From an uncultured virus (IMG/VR IMGVR_UViG_3300005680_000003) (taxonomy: Duplodnaviria > Heunggongvirae > Uroviricota > Caudoviricetes): a stretch of DNA of 25,440 bases. The stretch is from the IMG/VR virus record IMGVR_UViG_3300005680_000003, positions 62,001-87,440 of that record; one strand, 5' to 3'. A program made the position numbers and the translations under genes. Below, in pieces: positions 1-7,910 of this stretch (the stretch's first letter is position 1; each line of letters begins with the position of its first letter). The notes under the pieces were generated by a model. The model was given only the letters and a program-made list of their open reading frames with translations. It did no database searches and was not told the DNA's origin.

Positions 1-409
1 CTGTGTTGCCGTCGCCGAGCCAGGCCCCGATGACGTACGGGGGCAGTGGGAGGTCGTCCCGAGCCGGGAGATTGAGTGCAGGCTGCGTCGGGACGGAGTA
101 CCTGCGCGGATCCCGCGCAAGCTCTCGGGTGTCCACGACGCGCCAGCACCGGCGTCCGCTTCCGCCGGCCGCTCGTTCCTCCGGGTCATATCCGTGTCGG
201 TCCCAGACCCGCCACTTGTGGTCGCCATCCGCGGTCAGGGTTGACCCGTCCTGCAGGGTCACCCGGTAGCAGTCCAGGTGCCTGGTCGGGAACGCCGCGG
301 TGACCCGGCAGGGGTGGCCGTCGCCGCCGAAGATGACCGCCCCCGCAGTGAGGTCACCCATCGTCGTCCACCCGTCCGGGGTCGCGACCGGGGTGTCCAG
401 CGCGAGGCC
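1..409 (-). mobile_element. Intein (class 3-like) with LAGLIDADG homing endonuclease, N-terminal part
   Basis: Right after ...PQEGK: block A GLALDTPVATPDGWTTMGDL, block B TLTADGDHKW, block C LPPYVIGAWLGDG (about 8-46). Confidence 0.9.
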
Positions 410-628
410 CTTCCCTTCCTGAGGGCTCATGACGACGATCAGCCGCGCCGAGTGGGTGTTCTCCGCCCACACGAGGGCGTCGTTGATGAGCTCGAGGGCG
501 GGGGTGCGGCGGAACGCGGGGTTCAGCGCGCAGGCCAGGTCCAGCGGGGAGGCCCACCTCGTCGCGGCGACCGGGGGGAGGCCGGCGCCGCGGTCGAACG
601 CGGCGGCGAGGTCGGGGGCGAGGGTCAC
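1..628 (-). CDS. terL: Phage terminase large subunit, 5' part, intein-containing (runs off left edge)
   Basis: Hand translation from GTG 628 (GTGA overlap with upstream stop): MTLAPDLAAAFDRG...RTPALELINDALVWAENTHSARLIVVMSPQEGK, an actinophage TerL-type Walker A region. The frame stays open to position 1. Confidence 0.85.
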   Translation of the reverse strand, partial: MTLAPDLAAAFDRGAGLPPVAATRWASPLDLACALNPAFRRTPALELINDALVWAENTHSARLIVVMSPQEGKGLALDTPVATPDGWTTMGDLTAGAVIFGGDGHPCRVTAAFPTRHLDCYRVTLQDGSTLTADGDHKWRVWDRHGYDPEERAAGGSGRRCWRVVDTRELARDPRRYSVPTQPALNLPARDDLPLPPYVIGAWLGDGNT

Positions 629-1467
629 ACCCAGATACGCGCCGCGGTGGCCTTCGCGATGGTCTCCCACCGGGCCGGGGCGTCGCCCTCCATGTGCCAC
701 GCCATGACCGGGTCGGACGCCATGAACAGGCGGGCCGGGCGGAGCCTTGACAGGACGTTTGCGGCGTGGCCAGCGAGCTGCAGCGCGACGGTCCTGGTGA
801 CCCCGAGACCGTCGACCTCCCACGGGAGACGCCCGTCCGGGTAGGGACGACGGCCGGTGACGACGTGCATGGACGCCCAGTCCCAGGCGGCGCCGACGAA
901 CGGCAGGACGCGCAGGAGACGCCGGTCCCGGCGTAGCGCCGCGGCACGGACACCGAACGTGGAGGTCGTCGCGGTGCCGTGCACCCACCCCGGGCGGACC
1001 TGGGCGCGGTCGGGGTGCACCAGGTCCTGGGGGGAGTACAGGGAGAAGTAGTCGACGGCGGGGAACCGGTGGGCGCCGTCGAGCAGGTGCAACAGCGCGT
1101 CCGGGTGGTACAGGTAGTCGTCCTCGGCGAACCAGATCAGGTCGGTGTCCTCGACGTCAGGGTCTGAGGCGGCGAGAGCAACCGCGTGCCGGTAGCTGCC
1201 ACGGTTGGTGCCGTGCTCGGCGTGCACGATCCGGCCGGTGTCGCCCATCAGGTCCAGCACCCCTGACGAGAGGGCGCCGTCGTTGAGCCAGGTCGTGTGC
1301 ACGGGGATCCCGCGGTCGGTGGCCATGTCGACGGCGGTCAGGTAGGAGGTCAACGCCAGGTCCTTGGTGAACCACCGTGGCCGGGTCTTGGTCGATGACG
1401 CCCCGAGGGGGCACGAGCGGTAGACCACGCGGAGTGTGCGCGGCGCCTTGTCGAGGTGGCTGGGCAT
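625..1467 (-). CDS. GT-A fold glycosyltransferase
   Basis: LIWFAEDDYLYHPDAL (DxD-type motif), WLNDG, late WHME His; ATG 1467 preceded by GGAAGGGG. Confidence 0.7.
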   Translation of the reverse strand: MPSHLDKAPRTLRVVYRSCPLGASSTKTRPRWFTKDLALTSYLTAVDMATDRGIPVHTTWLNDGALSSGVLDLMGDTGRIVHAEHGTNRGSYRHAVALAASDPDVEDTDLIWFAEDDYLYHPDALLHLLDGAHRFPAVDYFSLYSPQDLVHPDRAQVRPGWVHGTATTSTFGVRAAALRRDRRLLRVLPFVGAAWDWASMHVVTGRRPYPDGRLPWEVDGLGVTRTVALQLAGHAANVLSRLRPARLFMASDPVMAWHMEGDAPARWETIAKATAARIWV

Positions 1468-1562
1468 CCCCGACCCCTTCCCTGAGATCCGGACGGTCAC
1501 CGTCGAGTGTGAGTGGACGGAGCGTCGTCTCAGGATATTCGTGGCAGGGTGTCGGGGATGCC
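1463..1562 (-). promoter_or_regulatory. RBS/start-sequestering hairpin with internal -10-like TATCCT
   Basis: Perfect 12-bp inverted repeat GGCATCCCCGAC (1463-1474) / GTCGGGGATGCC (1551-1562), plus CCCT/AGGG and inner CCTGAGA/TCTCAGG stems; TATCCT on minus strand at 1532-1537. Confidence 0.55.
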
Positions 1563-1591
1563 TGGCCTGGCGTGTGTGTTCGGCTGTGCTG

Positions 1592-2011
1592 CTACTCGCC
1601 GTCGAGTTTCGTGATCGCTGCCCGGACGGCGTTCGCCGTCACCCCGAGGATCTTCGCGGCCCGGTACGCGGTGACCCGCCGCGCCAGGTCAGGGTCGGTC
1701 GTGACCTTCCGCAGGAGGACCGCCCGGGCGCGGGTCGCGGCCCGGTAGGCGGCCTCGGCGTCCTCGACGGCGCCCTGGGCCTCGACGAGGGCCTGCTCGG
1801 CGGGGGTGAGCCGGGCGGGGTTTCCCGGTGCAGTGTGAGCGAGGGTGCCGGCGGCAGCTTTCACGGCTGCCCGTGCCGCGCAGGCCTCGGCGAGGTCGTG
1901 CCGGGAGTGCAGATGCCCACACCCGATTGTGGTCCTGCCCTTGGTGACGGTGCCGGTGTACCACTTGCCGTGCTCGACAACGCCAGGGGTCCAGGATGCT
2001 TTCACAGTCAT
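1592..2011 (-). CDS. Hypothetical protein with C-terminal HTH
   Basis: C-terminus VTAYRAAKILGVTANAVRAAI; leaderless ATG 6 nt after a -10. Confidence 0.75.
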   Translation of the reverse strand: MTVKASWTPGVVEHGKWYTGTVTKGRTTIGCGHLHSRHDLAEACAARAAVKAAAGTLAHTAPGNPARLTPAEQALVEAQGAVEDAEAAYRAATRARAVLLRKVTTDPDLARRVTAYRAAKILGVTANAVRAAITKLDGE

Positions 2012-2017
2012 GAACCC

Positions 2018-2047
2018 ATGTTAGGTAACCGGCTTGCCATAGGTCAA
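2018..2047 (-). promoter_or_regulatory. SigA-type leaderless promoter
   Basis: TTGACC-N18-TAACAT-N6-ATG(2011). Confidence 0.75.
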
Positions 2048-2058
2048 CGACGTGCAGG

Positions 2059-2265
2059 CTATCCGAGGCGACCCACAGGCACTGGTGCCGTCTGCAGCCA
2101 CTTCGCGCGTTGCGTCAACCCCTTGACCCCGACCTTGACCGTCGCCTGGTCAGGGACTCCCGCGGCGTGTGCCTGCGCAACGAAGTCGGTCAACTCGGCC
2201 AGGGTCAGGCACCCGTGCGACTCCCCCGCCATCACCCGGACCGCGGCGACCGACTCGATGCTCAC
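2059..2265 (-). CDS. Small hypothetical protein (68 aa)
   Basis: GTG 2265 overlaps the upstream stop (GTGA); MSIESVAAVRV...LTLAELTDFVAQAHAAGVPDQATVKV. Confidence 0.65.
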   Translation of the reverse strand: MSIESVAAVRVMAGESHGCLTLAELTDFVAQAHAAGVPDQATVKVGVKGLTQRAKWLQTAPVPVGRLG

Positions 2266-2690
2266 GCGACCGTGACCTCTACGGGCGGCAGAAGGTCCGT
2301 CATCCTGCACCGCAGGGCGCGCGCCAGGACCCGGGCGTCGGCCCTGGTCACCGGCCGCTCGCCCCGCTCGATCTCACTGATCCGGCCCTGCGACAGCCCC
2401 GTCCGAGCGGCCAGGTCAGGCTGCGTCAGCGCGGCTGCCACCCGCCGGTCACGCACCGGGGACCCGTTCGGGCGCGCCCGCACCCCGTCCTGCCCGGGCC
2501 GGGCCGCATCCCAGTCGAGGACCCGGCCGGCAACCCACTGAGGGTGCCTGCCGGCAACCACCCGGTCAGGCCCCGGGAACGGGTTGCGGTGTCCTGGCCC
2601 GTAGACACGCCGGTACCGGGACACCGTCTCAGCGCTCACGCCGAGCAGGGACGCGACACCAGCCCGATCGAGCAGTTCGCTGCGGTCCAT
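2262..2690 (-). CDS. Two-domain DNA-binding protein: AlpA/excisionase-like wHTH plus XRE HTH
   Basis: N-terminus LLDRAGVASLLGVSAETVSRYRR...FPGPD; C-terminus RRVAAALTQPDLAARTGLSQGRISEIERGERP; AAGGA RBS. Confidence 0.85.
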   Translation of the reverse strand: MDRSELLDRAGVASLLGVSAETVSRYRRVYGPGHRNPFPGPDRVVAGRHPQWVAGRVLDWDAARPGQDGVRARPNGSPVRDRRVAAALTQPDLAARTGLSQGRISEIERGERPVTRADARVLARALRCRMTDLLPPVEVTVA

Positions 2691-2807
2691 GATTCCTTGG
2701 CCTCCCTTCCGGGGTGTGCGTGGGTCGTTGTGACACGGACGATTGTACCGGTCGGTGAGAACCGGGCATGCCTGGCCAAGCGTGCGCCGCAGTCGGTCTC
2801 AGCGGTC

Positions 2808-3092
2808 CTATCGATGTCGCGGGGTGCGCGGCTCACCTGTCCGCCACTCCTCCGGGAAGTCCTCCCGGCCCTCGAACGGGGCCAGCAGCGCGAGCACCGT
2901 CGCGCACAACCCCCGCGACCCCGGCGCGGCAGGACACGAACACTGGCCCTGCCACCGCGGCCCGCCACGTAACTGCACCCACTCATGCGGGTGCAGCCGA
3001 GCCACCTCCCGCAGCGCCGGTACCCATTCGGCCGGCACTTGCCCCGTATCGACCATCTGCAGCAGGTACGCCGACGGGTCCCGCAGGATCAT
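2808..3092 (-). CDS. Hypothetical protein, DUF6221-like C-terminus
   Basis: ATGA overlap at 3089-3092; CATVLALLAPFEGREDFPEEWR resembles the DUF6221 terminal motif as I recall it. Confidence 0.6.
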   Translation of the reverse strand: MILRDPSAYLLQMVDTGQVPAEWVPALREVARLHPHEWVQLRGGPRWQGQCSCPAAPGSRGLCATVLALLAPFEGREDFPEEWRTGEPRTPRHR

Positions 3093-3322
3093 GGCTGCCC
3101 CCGCTGTGCGATCGTGGCCTCCACGGCGAGCAGACACAACCTGGGGTCGACGCCCTCCCGTTGCATGCCGAACGCGGCGAGCCTCGCCAGGGCGATCACC
3201 ACCACCACGGACTCTGTCTGGTCCATGCCGGTCACCACGTCGGCGGCGTCCCCCACCTGGTCGGCCGCGACCAGCGCGACCACCTGCGCCACCAGTCGGG
3301 TCCTCTCGTCCTTGTCACTCAC
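3089..3322 (-). CDS. Hypothetical protein (77 aa)
   Basis: GTG 3322 in GTGA overlap, AAGGGGG RBS; MSDKDERTRLVAQVVALVAAD. Confidence 0.65.
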   Translation of the reverse strand: MSDKDERTRLVAQVVALVAADQVGDAADVVTGMDQTESVVVVIALARLAAFGMQREGVDPRLCLLAVEATIAQRGQP

Positions 3323-3834
3323 CGAGCCCCCTTGCCACCAGCCCCGGGCTGTGAGGCAGGGTCGTGTCGGGCATGCCCGGTTAGGTGGTCCTGGAGTGCT
3401 GTGCACAGCTTGGTGACGGCGTCCTGTGACAACCTGACCCCACCGTAGGCCGGGGCGTGCACCGCCACCCCGTCACCGGCCGCGGTCACCCGCAGCTGCG
3501 CCTGGCCGTCGTCCGCCCACAGGTCGACCAGAACCCAGTCGTCGCCGGACGGTGCGACCAGCGCGTAGAGCCGGCGGGTCATCTCGGTGTGGGCGGCGTC
3601 CAGGACGTCGATGGCCTGCGCGAGGTCCCCTCGGGTCAGGGCGCACCACTCGGGGGTGCAGTCGCGCAGGCGTCGCAGGTTCTCGGCGAGCTCGTCCAGG
3701 GGGAGCGGGCCCTGCCAGGCCGGTGGGGTCGCAGCCCTGGCGTACACCGCGTTCGACGCGGTTCCCAGGGCCCCGCTGACCACGGACAGGACTTCGCTGA
3801 GTCCGGCCAGTGCGCGGCGGGCGGCCGTGTTCAC
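3319..3834 (-). CDS. Hypothetical protein
   Basis: Four-base overlaps with both neighbours; protein-like composition. Confidence 0.7.
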   Translation of the reverse strand: MNTAARRALAGLSEVLSVVSGALGTASNAVYARAATPPAWQGPLPLDELAENLRRLRDCTPEWCALTRGDLAQAIDVLDAAHTEMTRRLYALVAPSGDDWVLVDLWADDGQAQLRVTAAGDGVAVHAPAYGGVRLSQDAVTKLCTALQDHLTGHARHDPASQPGAGGKGAR

Positions 3835-4118
3835 GGGGTCGGGTCCGTCTGCTTGGCCCGGATCGCGGCGAGGGCGTCGAGGAACCCGTCGAGGGCTGCG
3901 AGTCGCTCCGAGTCGGGAAGGCCCCGGACGGGTTCCGTGTCCAGGGTCTCCACCCCTTCCACGATCACCATGGCCAAGGCCTGACGGGGGTCGCGGGCGG
4001 GCATGCTCAGCAACGCGACGAGGTATATGGTTTCGGTCGCCCCCCGGGCGTTGTCGTACTGCGTCCGCTCAGGGGTTCCTGGGGTGCGGGTGCCGCGCCG
4101 GGTCGTGGTGGTCGTCAC
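3831..4118 (-). CDS. Hypothetical protein (95 aa)
   Basis: GTG 4118 with GAGGA RBS and GTGA overlap; MTTTTTRRGT...DSERLAALDGFLDAL. Confidence 0.7.
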   Translation of the reverse strand: MTTTTTRRGTRTPGTPERTQYDNARGATETIYLVALLSMPARDPRQALAMVIVEGVETLDTEPVRGLPDSERLAALDGFLDALAAIRAKQTDPTP

Positions 4119-4924
4119 GGGTTGTCCTCTCGGGGTGGGCTGGTGGGCGTGAAGGTGTTTCGGGCGGCGGCCGAAGCGGCGTCGATGTCGTCGAGGCCGT
4201 CGAGGATGCCGTCGAGGAAAGCGAGGCGGTCCGAGTCGGCCATGCACCGGACGGCGCAGTTCCGCAACACGTTCACAACCGACTGGGCGATGTGCTCCCT
4301 GCCCAGCCGGGCGACGACGGCCCGTACGCCGGCCCGGTTGGCGTCGTAGAGAAGCCGGCCAGTCAGCGCGGCGTGGTCCTGGGCCGCTGCTGGCGGGGTG
4401 AACGAGGCATACGAGCCGCCCGCGGCCTTGTGGGCGCGCAGAGCCAGCGCGACAGCCTGCCCCGCACCGGTCAGCGACCATCGGTAGTGCAACGCGAGGT
4501 GCTGCTGGCCGAGGCCGGTCAGAGACTCCGGGCGCAGCCCGTCGCCGTGAGCGGTGATCCTGCGACCGTTCACGTCGAGGTACCAGCCGTCGTCGTCGAC
4601 CTGTGGCGCTGAGGCGTCGAGGAGTCCGGCGGCGCGCAGGTCGTCAAGGCAGTCCCAGTCGTCGTGGTTGGGGATCTCGACGACGGTGAGTGGGTCCGTG
4701 ATCTGGCCGAGGAGGGGCTGGGCCCGTAGGCGAGTCGGGTACCCGAATGACGACGGGATGACCTTCCCAGCGTCAGCAACCGGGTGTCGCAACCGGTCGG
4801 TGCGCATGTGCTCGGCCAACATGATCCCGCGGTGGTTGACGATCTGTTCCTCGGCGTAGGCGAACGTCGACCAGTGGTCGACTCCGAACCTGTGCATCGG
4901 GATCGGCCTGGGTAGGGATGTCAT
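4115..4924 (-). CDS. Hypothetical phage protein
   Basis: ATGA overlap; FGVDHWSTFAY...YPTRL...HDDWDCLDDL motifs; 269 aa. Confidence 0.8.
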   Translation of the reverse strand: MTSLPRPIPMHRFGVDHWSTFAYAEEQIVNHRGIMLAEHMRTDRLRHPVADAGKVIPSSFGYPTRLRAQPLLGQITDPLTVVEIPNHDDWDCLDDLRAAGLLDASAPQVDDDGWYLDVNGRRITAHGDGLRPESLTGLGQQHLALHYRWSLTGAGQAVALALRAHKAAGGSYASFTPPAAAQDHAALTGRLLYDANRAGVRAVVARLGREHIAQSVVNVLRNCAVRCMADSDRLAFLDGILDGLDDIDAASAAARNTFTPTSPPREDNP

Positions 4925-5232
4925 GCGTTGGACCCCGTCACGGCGTGGGCTGCGGTGATGCCGGCGAGGACGGTCCTGGCCTGCGCGATCGCGGTTGGGT
5001 CTCCGGTCGCGACCCGGTCGAGGAGTTCGTCGATCGCGGGGAGCGCGGCCAGTGCGGCGGCGCCGGTGACGGCGAGCAGGTACGCCTCACGGTTGCGGTT
5101 GGCGGAGGCCACAAACGCTGGCTTCGTCGGGTCGTCGGTTTGCCGGCACAGGAGACCGGCGCGCACCCCGGTCACGAAGTAGGACCCGGGGCGCAGCAGC
5201 AACGTGACCCGGCCGGGACGAGCGGCAGTCAT
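4921..5232 (-). CDS. Hypothetical protein (103 aa)
   Basis: ATG 5232 in ATGA overlap; MTAARPGRVTLLLRPGSYFV. Confidence 0.7.
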   Translation of the reverse strand: MTAARPGRVTLLLRPGSYFVTGVRAGLLCRQTDDPTKPAFVASANRNREAYLLAVTGAAALAALPAIDELLDRVATGDPTAIAQARTVLAGITAAHAVTGSNA

Positions 5233-5471
5233 CGCCGGGCACCTGCTACCAGCTCGCGGGTCGTGAAGTCCGCGACCCTGCCGCCGTGCGAGACAGCGAC
5301 CGACAGGACGTGGCACCTCCCGAGTTGACGCAGGTAGGCGTGCGTGGCGTGGCGTGGGGGCGTGACCGGCTGCCATCCCCGGCCCGTCATGAAGGTCTGG
5401 GTGACGACCGGTGGGGTGCGGTTGTCCTCGGGGAGCAGGAAGTAGCCCACGAGGCGGGCGGGGGTGGTCAT
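5229..5471 (-). CDS. Hypothetical protein (80 aa)
   Basis: AAGGGAG RBS; overlap with next gene. Confidence 0.7.
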   Translation of the reverse strand: MTTPARLVGYFLLPEDNRTPPVVTQTFMTGRGWQPVTPPRHATHAYLRQLGRCHVLSVAVSHGGRVADFTTRELVAGARR

Positions 5472-5494
5472 GGGGTGGGGCTCCCTTCGGAGGC

Positions 5495-5710
5495 CTAGAA
5501 CGGGTTGTCGATGGGGGGGAGTGCGGAGTGTTCGGTGCAGGACGCAGAGCCCCAGACGTCGCAGCCGCAGAGGCCCGTGGTGTTGGTGAGTGGGGGGTCG
5601 TCGGCGCGGTCGTCGGCGGACGGCGTGTCGGTCCAGGCGTAGGGGTCGAGGGCATCGACGGCCTCGGCGGCGAGGTCATCGCGGTAGTCCCTGTCGGCGT
5701 AGGTGCGCAT
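5495..5710 (-). CDS. Small acidic Cys-containing hypothetical protein (71 aa)
   Basis: ATG 5710 with GAAAGG RBS; MRTYADRDYRDD...CGCDVWGSASCTEH. Confidence 0.65.
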   Translation of the reverse strand: MRTYADRDYRDDLAAEAVDALDPYAWTDTPSADDRADDPPLTNTTGLCGCDVWGSASCTEHSALPPIDNPF

Positions 5711-5721
5711 GGCCGGGCCTT

Positions 5722-5922
5722 TCAGTCGTCGTGGTAGCCGTTGAGGCAGCGGGGGGAGGTGCACCAGCGCATGTGGTCGTCGTGTGCGGGGGGGCATGCG
5801 GTGGCGTCCGGGTCGCAGTCCACGGGGGTGCCCTCGGTGGTCTCGTGTTCGACCGGGCAGACGGTGCAGGTGGTGGTGTCGGCGGGGGGCTGGGCCGGGG
5901 TCCACGTCTGGGTGACCGTCAT
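5722..5922 (-). CDS. Small Cys/His-rich protein, first gene of leftward operon
   Basis: Leaderless ATG 7 nt after TATAGT; CTVC, C..C, WCTSPRC. Confidence 0.65.
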   Translation of the reverse strand: MTVTQTWTPAQPPADTTTCTVCPVEHETTEGTPVDCDPDATACPPAHDDHMRWCTSPRCLNGYHDD

Positions 5923-6004
5923 GAGGATGACTATATCGGTTAGATGGGACGTCGCGCCAGACTAGACACCGACTCAGACTCGCGGATATAGTCGTCCCCA
6001 TGAC
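5918..6004. promoter_or_regulatory. Divergent promoter pair inside 20-bp inverted repeats
   Basis: Minus: TGGCGC-N18-TATAGT-N7-ATG(5922). Plus: TAGACA-N18-TATAGT-N7-ATG(6000). Inverted repeats 5918-5937 and 5985-6004 match 18/20. Confidence 0.75.
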
Positions 6005-6170
6005 AGGGGGGCCCCGGGCCCACCTGAACCGGGCCGAAGCACCCTCTGACCGGAGATGGTTCGAACCCCAACTCCGCAGCGGCGAGAAGGCCCCCACGGC
6101 ACGACCCCCGGGGTGGGACCCCTCCCCCACCCCGGGAGTCGTCCCCTGACCTTGACCCTCTGACCGGACG
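6000..6170 (+). ncRNA. Candidate structured 5' leader RNA
   Basis: GGGGGCC/GGCCCCC closing stem, two internal hairpins, long hairpin 6101-6142, 14-nt direct repeat ACCCTCTGACCGGA (6041, 6155). Confidence 0.35.
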
Positions 6171-6183
6171 GAGCAACAACCTT

Positions 6184-7104
6184 GTGTTGACCATCACACA
6201 CACCGCAGCAGAGGGCACCCTCATCGACGGCACCAGCCGCGGCGACGGGACAGCCCCCATCCTCAAGACCCACCACTGGCGGTGGGGCCACTCCATCGCC
6301 TCCTGGTACCTCCCCCACAGCCGGGACAGGGCCCCCCAGCGGTACCGCATCGACCAGGTCGCGCAGGCCCTGCGCGCCGCCGGCTTCACCGTCGAGGTCA
6401 CCATCGACGCCACCCCCCGTGACCCCGCCGAAGCCGAAGCCGAACGCGCCGACCGGGCCGACACCCGTGCGGACCGCCTCGCCGAACGGTCCGCCCGCCA
6501 CCAGGCCGCCTCCGACGCCGCGCACGCCCGCGCAGACCGGCTTACCGAACGGTTCGCGGGTGGGCAGCCGATCCTCGTCGGCCACTACTCCGAGAAGTCC
6601 GCACGCAACGCCCTCGACAAGGCCCACAACGCGATCCGCCGCGGCATCGACGAAGGCGAGTACGCCGACGAACTCGCCCGCCGCTCCGACGTCGCGGCCG
6701 CATCGACCGGTGCCCGGCACAACCCCGTGACCGTCGCGAACCGGATCGCGAAGTTCGAGGCCGACCTGCGCAGGTGGCAGCGGTCCCTCGCCAAGGCCCA
6801 GCCGGGCGGCGGGTACGAGCAGCAGTGTCGCGAGCAGATCGCGCAACTGGAGACCGACATCGCCTACTGGAAGGCCGTCCGCGCCCAGCAGATCGCCGAC
6901 GGTGTCGCGACGAACTACTCCCGGGACACGGTGAAGAAGGGCGACCTCGTCAAGATCCGCGGGTCGTGGTGTGTGGTGGCCCGCGCGAACGCGAAGACCG
7001 TCGCCGCGCAGTCCCGGTACATGCCGTGGCCGCTGAACTCGCCGTGGGCCGAGGTCCAGGACCACCGCCCGGCAGGCCAGGACCCCGAAGGGGGAACCCG
7101 CTGA
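6184..7104 (+). CDS. DUF3560 domain-containing protein
   Basis: GQPILVGHYSEKSAR motif flanked by coiled coils; C-terminal KGDLVKIRGSWCVVARANAKTV (KOW/SH3-like). Confidence 0.85.
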   Translation: MLTITHTAAEGTLIDGTSRGDGTAPILKTHHWRWGHSIASWYLPHSRDRAPQRYRIDQVAQALRAAGFTVEVTIDATPRDPAEAEAERADRADTRADRLAERSARHQAASDAAHARADRLTERFAGGQPILVGHYSEKSARNALDKAHNAIRRGIDEGEYADELARRSDVAAASTGARHNPVTVANRIAKFEADLRRWQRSLAKAQPGGGYEQQCREQIAQLETDIAYWKAVRAQQIADGVATNYSRDTVKKGDLVKIRGSWCVVARANAKTVAAQSRYMPWPLNSPWAEVQDHRPAGQDPEGGTR

Positions 7105-7910
7105 TGGGCCGCGAAGTGAGGAGGGTCCCGGTCGACTTCGACTGGCCGGCCGGCCAGACCTGGCACGGCTACCTCACCCCTGAGGAGCTGCAGGGCACTC
7201 AGTGCCCGGACTGCTCCACCGGGTACACGTGGGCAGCGATGTGGCTGCAGGTGACGCTCCACCGCCTGTCGATGCTCGCCAGCGACGTCACACGGCAGGC
7301 ACTGGGCCGTGACCTGCACCCGTGGCTCGCTCAGGACCCGATGGCCCCGTACGACGACCGGGGCGAGCCGCTGGCACGGGACGGCGCGTGGGTGACGTAC
7401 CCGATCCCGAGGCCCGGACGGGACATGGCCGAGTTCGTCGCGGCCCTGTCCGGTGAACCTGTGGACCGCGTCACCGACGACATCGGCTCGTCGACGGTGG
7501 CCTGGTGCATGCGGGAGCGACTCGAGGAACTGCTCGGCCTCGAGGAGGGCTGGGGTATCTGCCCGACCTGCGAGGGGCACGGGACGGTCGAGAAGTACCC
7601 GGGGCAACGAGCCGCCGCTGACGCATGGGAGGCGACCGAGCCACCGGCCGGTGACGGCTGGCAGCTGTGGGAGACCGTGTCGGAGGGTTCCCCGATCTCG
7701 CCCGTGTTCGCGACCCCCGACGGCCTGATCATGTGGATGACGACCCCGGCCGCGAAGTGGGGTGCGATGGGCCCGTGGACCCGTGAGCAGGCCGCAGGAT
7801 TCGTCAACGGGCCGGGCTGGGCGCCGACGTTCATGGGGTCCGCTTCGACTGGCCTCGTGGATGGTGTGACCGCGGCCAGCGGCCAGCAGGCCGGAGGTGA
7901 GCTCCGGTGA
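7104..7910 (+). CDS. Phage protein with DnaJ-like Zn-finger motifs
   Basis: ATG 7104 (TGATG overlap); MGREVRRVP.DFDWP, CPDC, CPTCEGHG, GWQLWETVSEGSPISPVF. Confidence 0.8.
   Translation: MGREVRRVPVDFDWPAGQTWHGYLTPEELQGTQCPDCSTGYTWAAMWLQVTLHRLSMLASDVTRQALGRDLHPWLAQDPMAPYDDRGEPLARDGAWVTYPIPRPGRDMAEFVAALSGEPVDRVTDDIGSSTVAWCMRERLEELLGLEEGWGICPTCEGHGTVEKYPGQRAAADAWEATEPPAGDGWQLWETVSEGSPISPVFATPDGLIMWMTTPAAKWGAMGPWTREQAAGFVNGPGWAPTFMGSASTGLVDGVTAASGQQAGGELR

Noticed and set aside
2742..2771. Promoter for the 2262-2690 regulator (TACAAT on minus strand)
   Set aside because: Good -10 but no convincing -35 at 17-18 bp; not enough support to list as a feature.
6007..6096. tRNA gene (GGGGGCC...GGCCCCCA acceptor-like stem and GGTTCGAAC)
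   Set aside because: The T-loop-like hairpin is not adjacent to the 3' acceptor strand and there is no proper D or anticodon arm; kept only as a structured leader.
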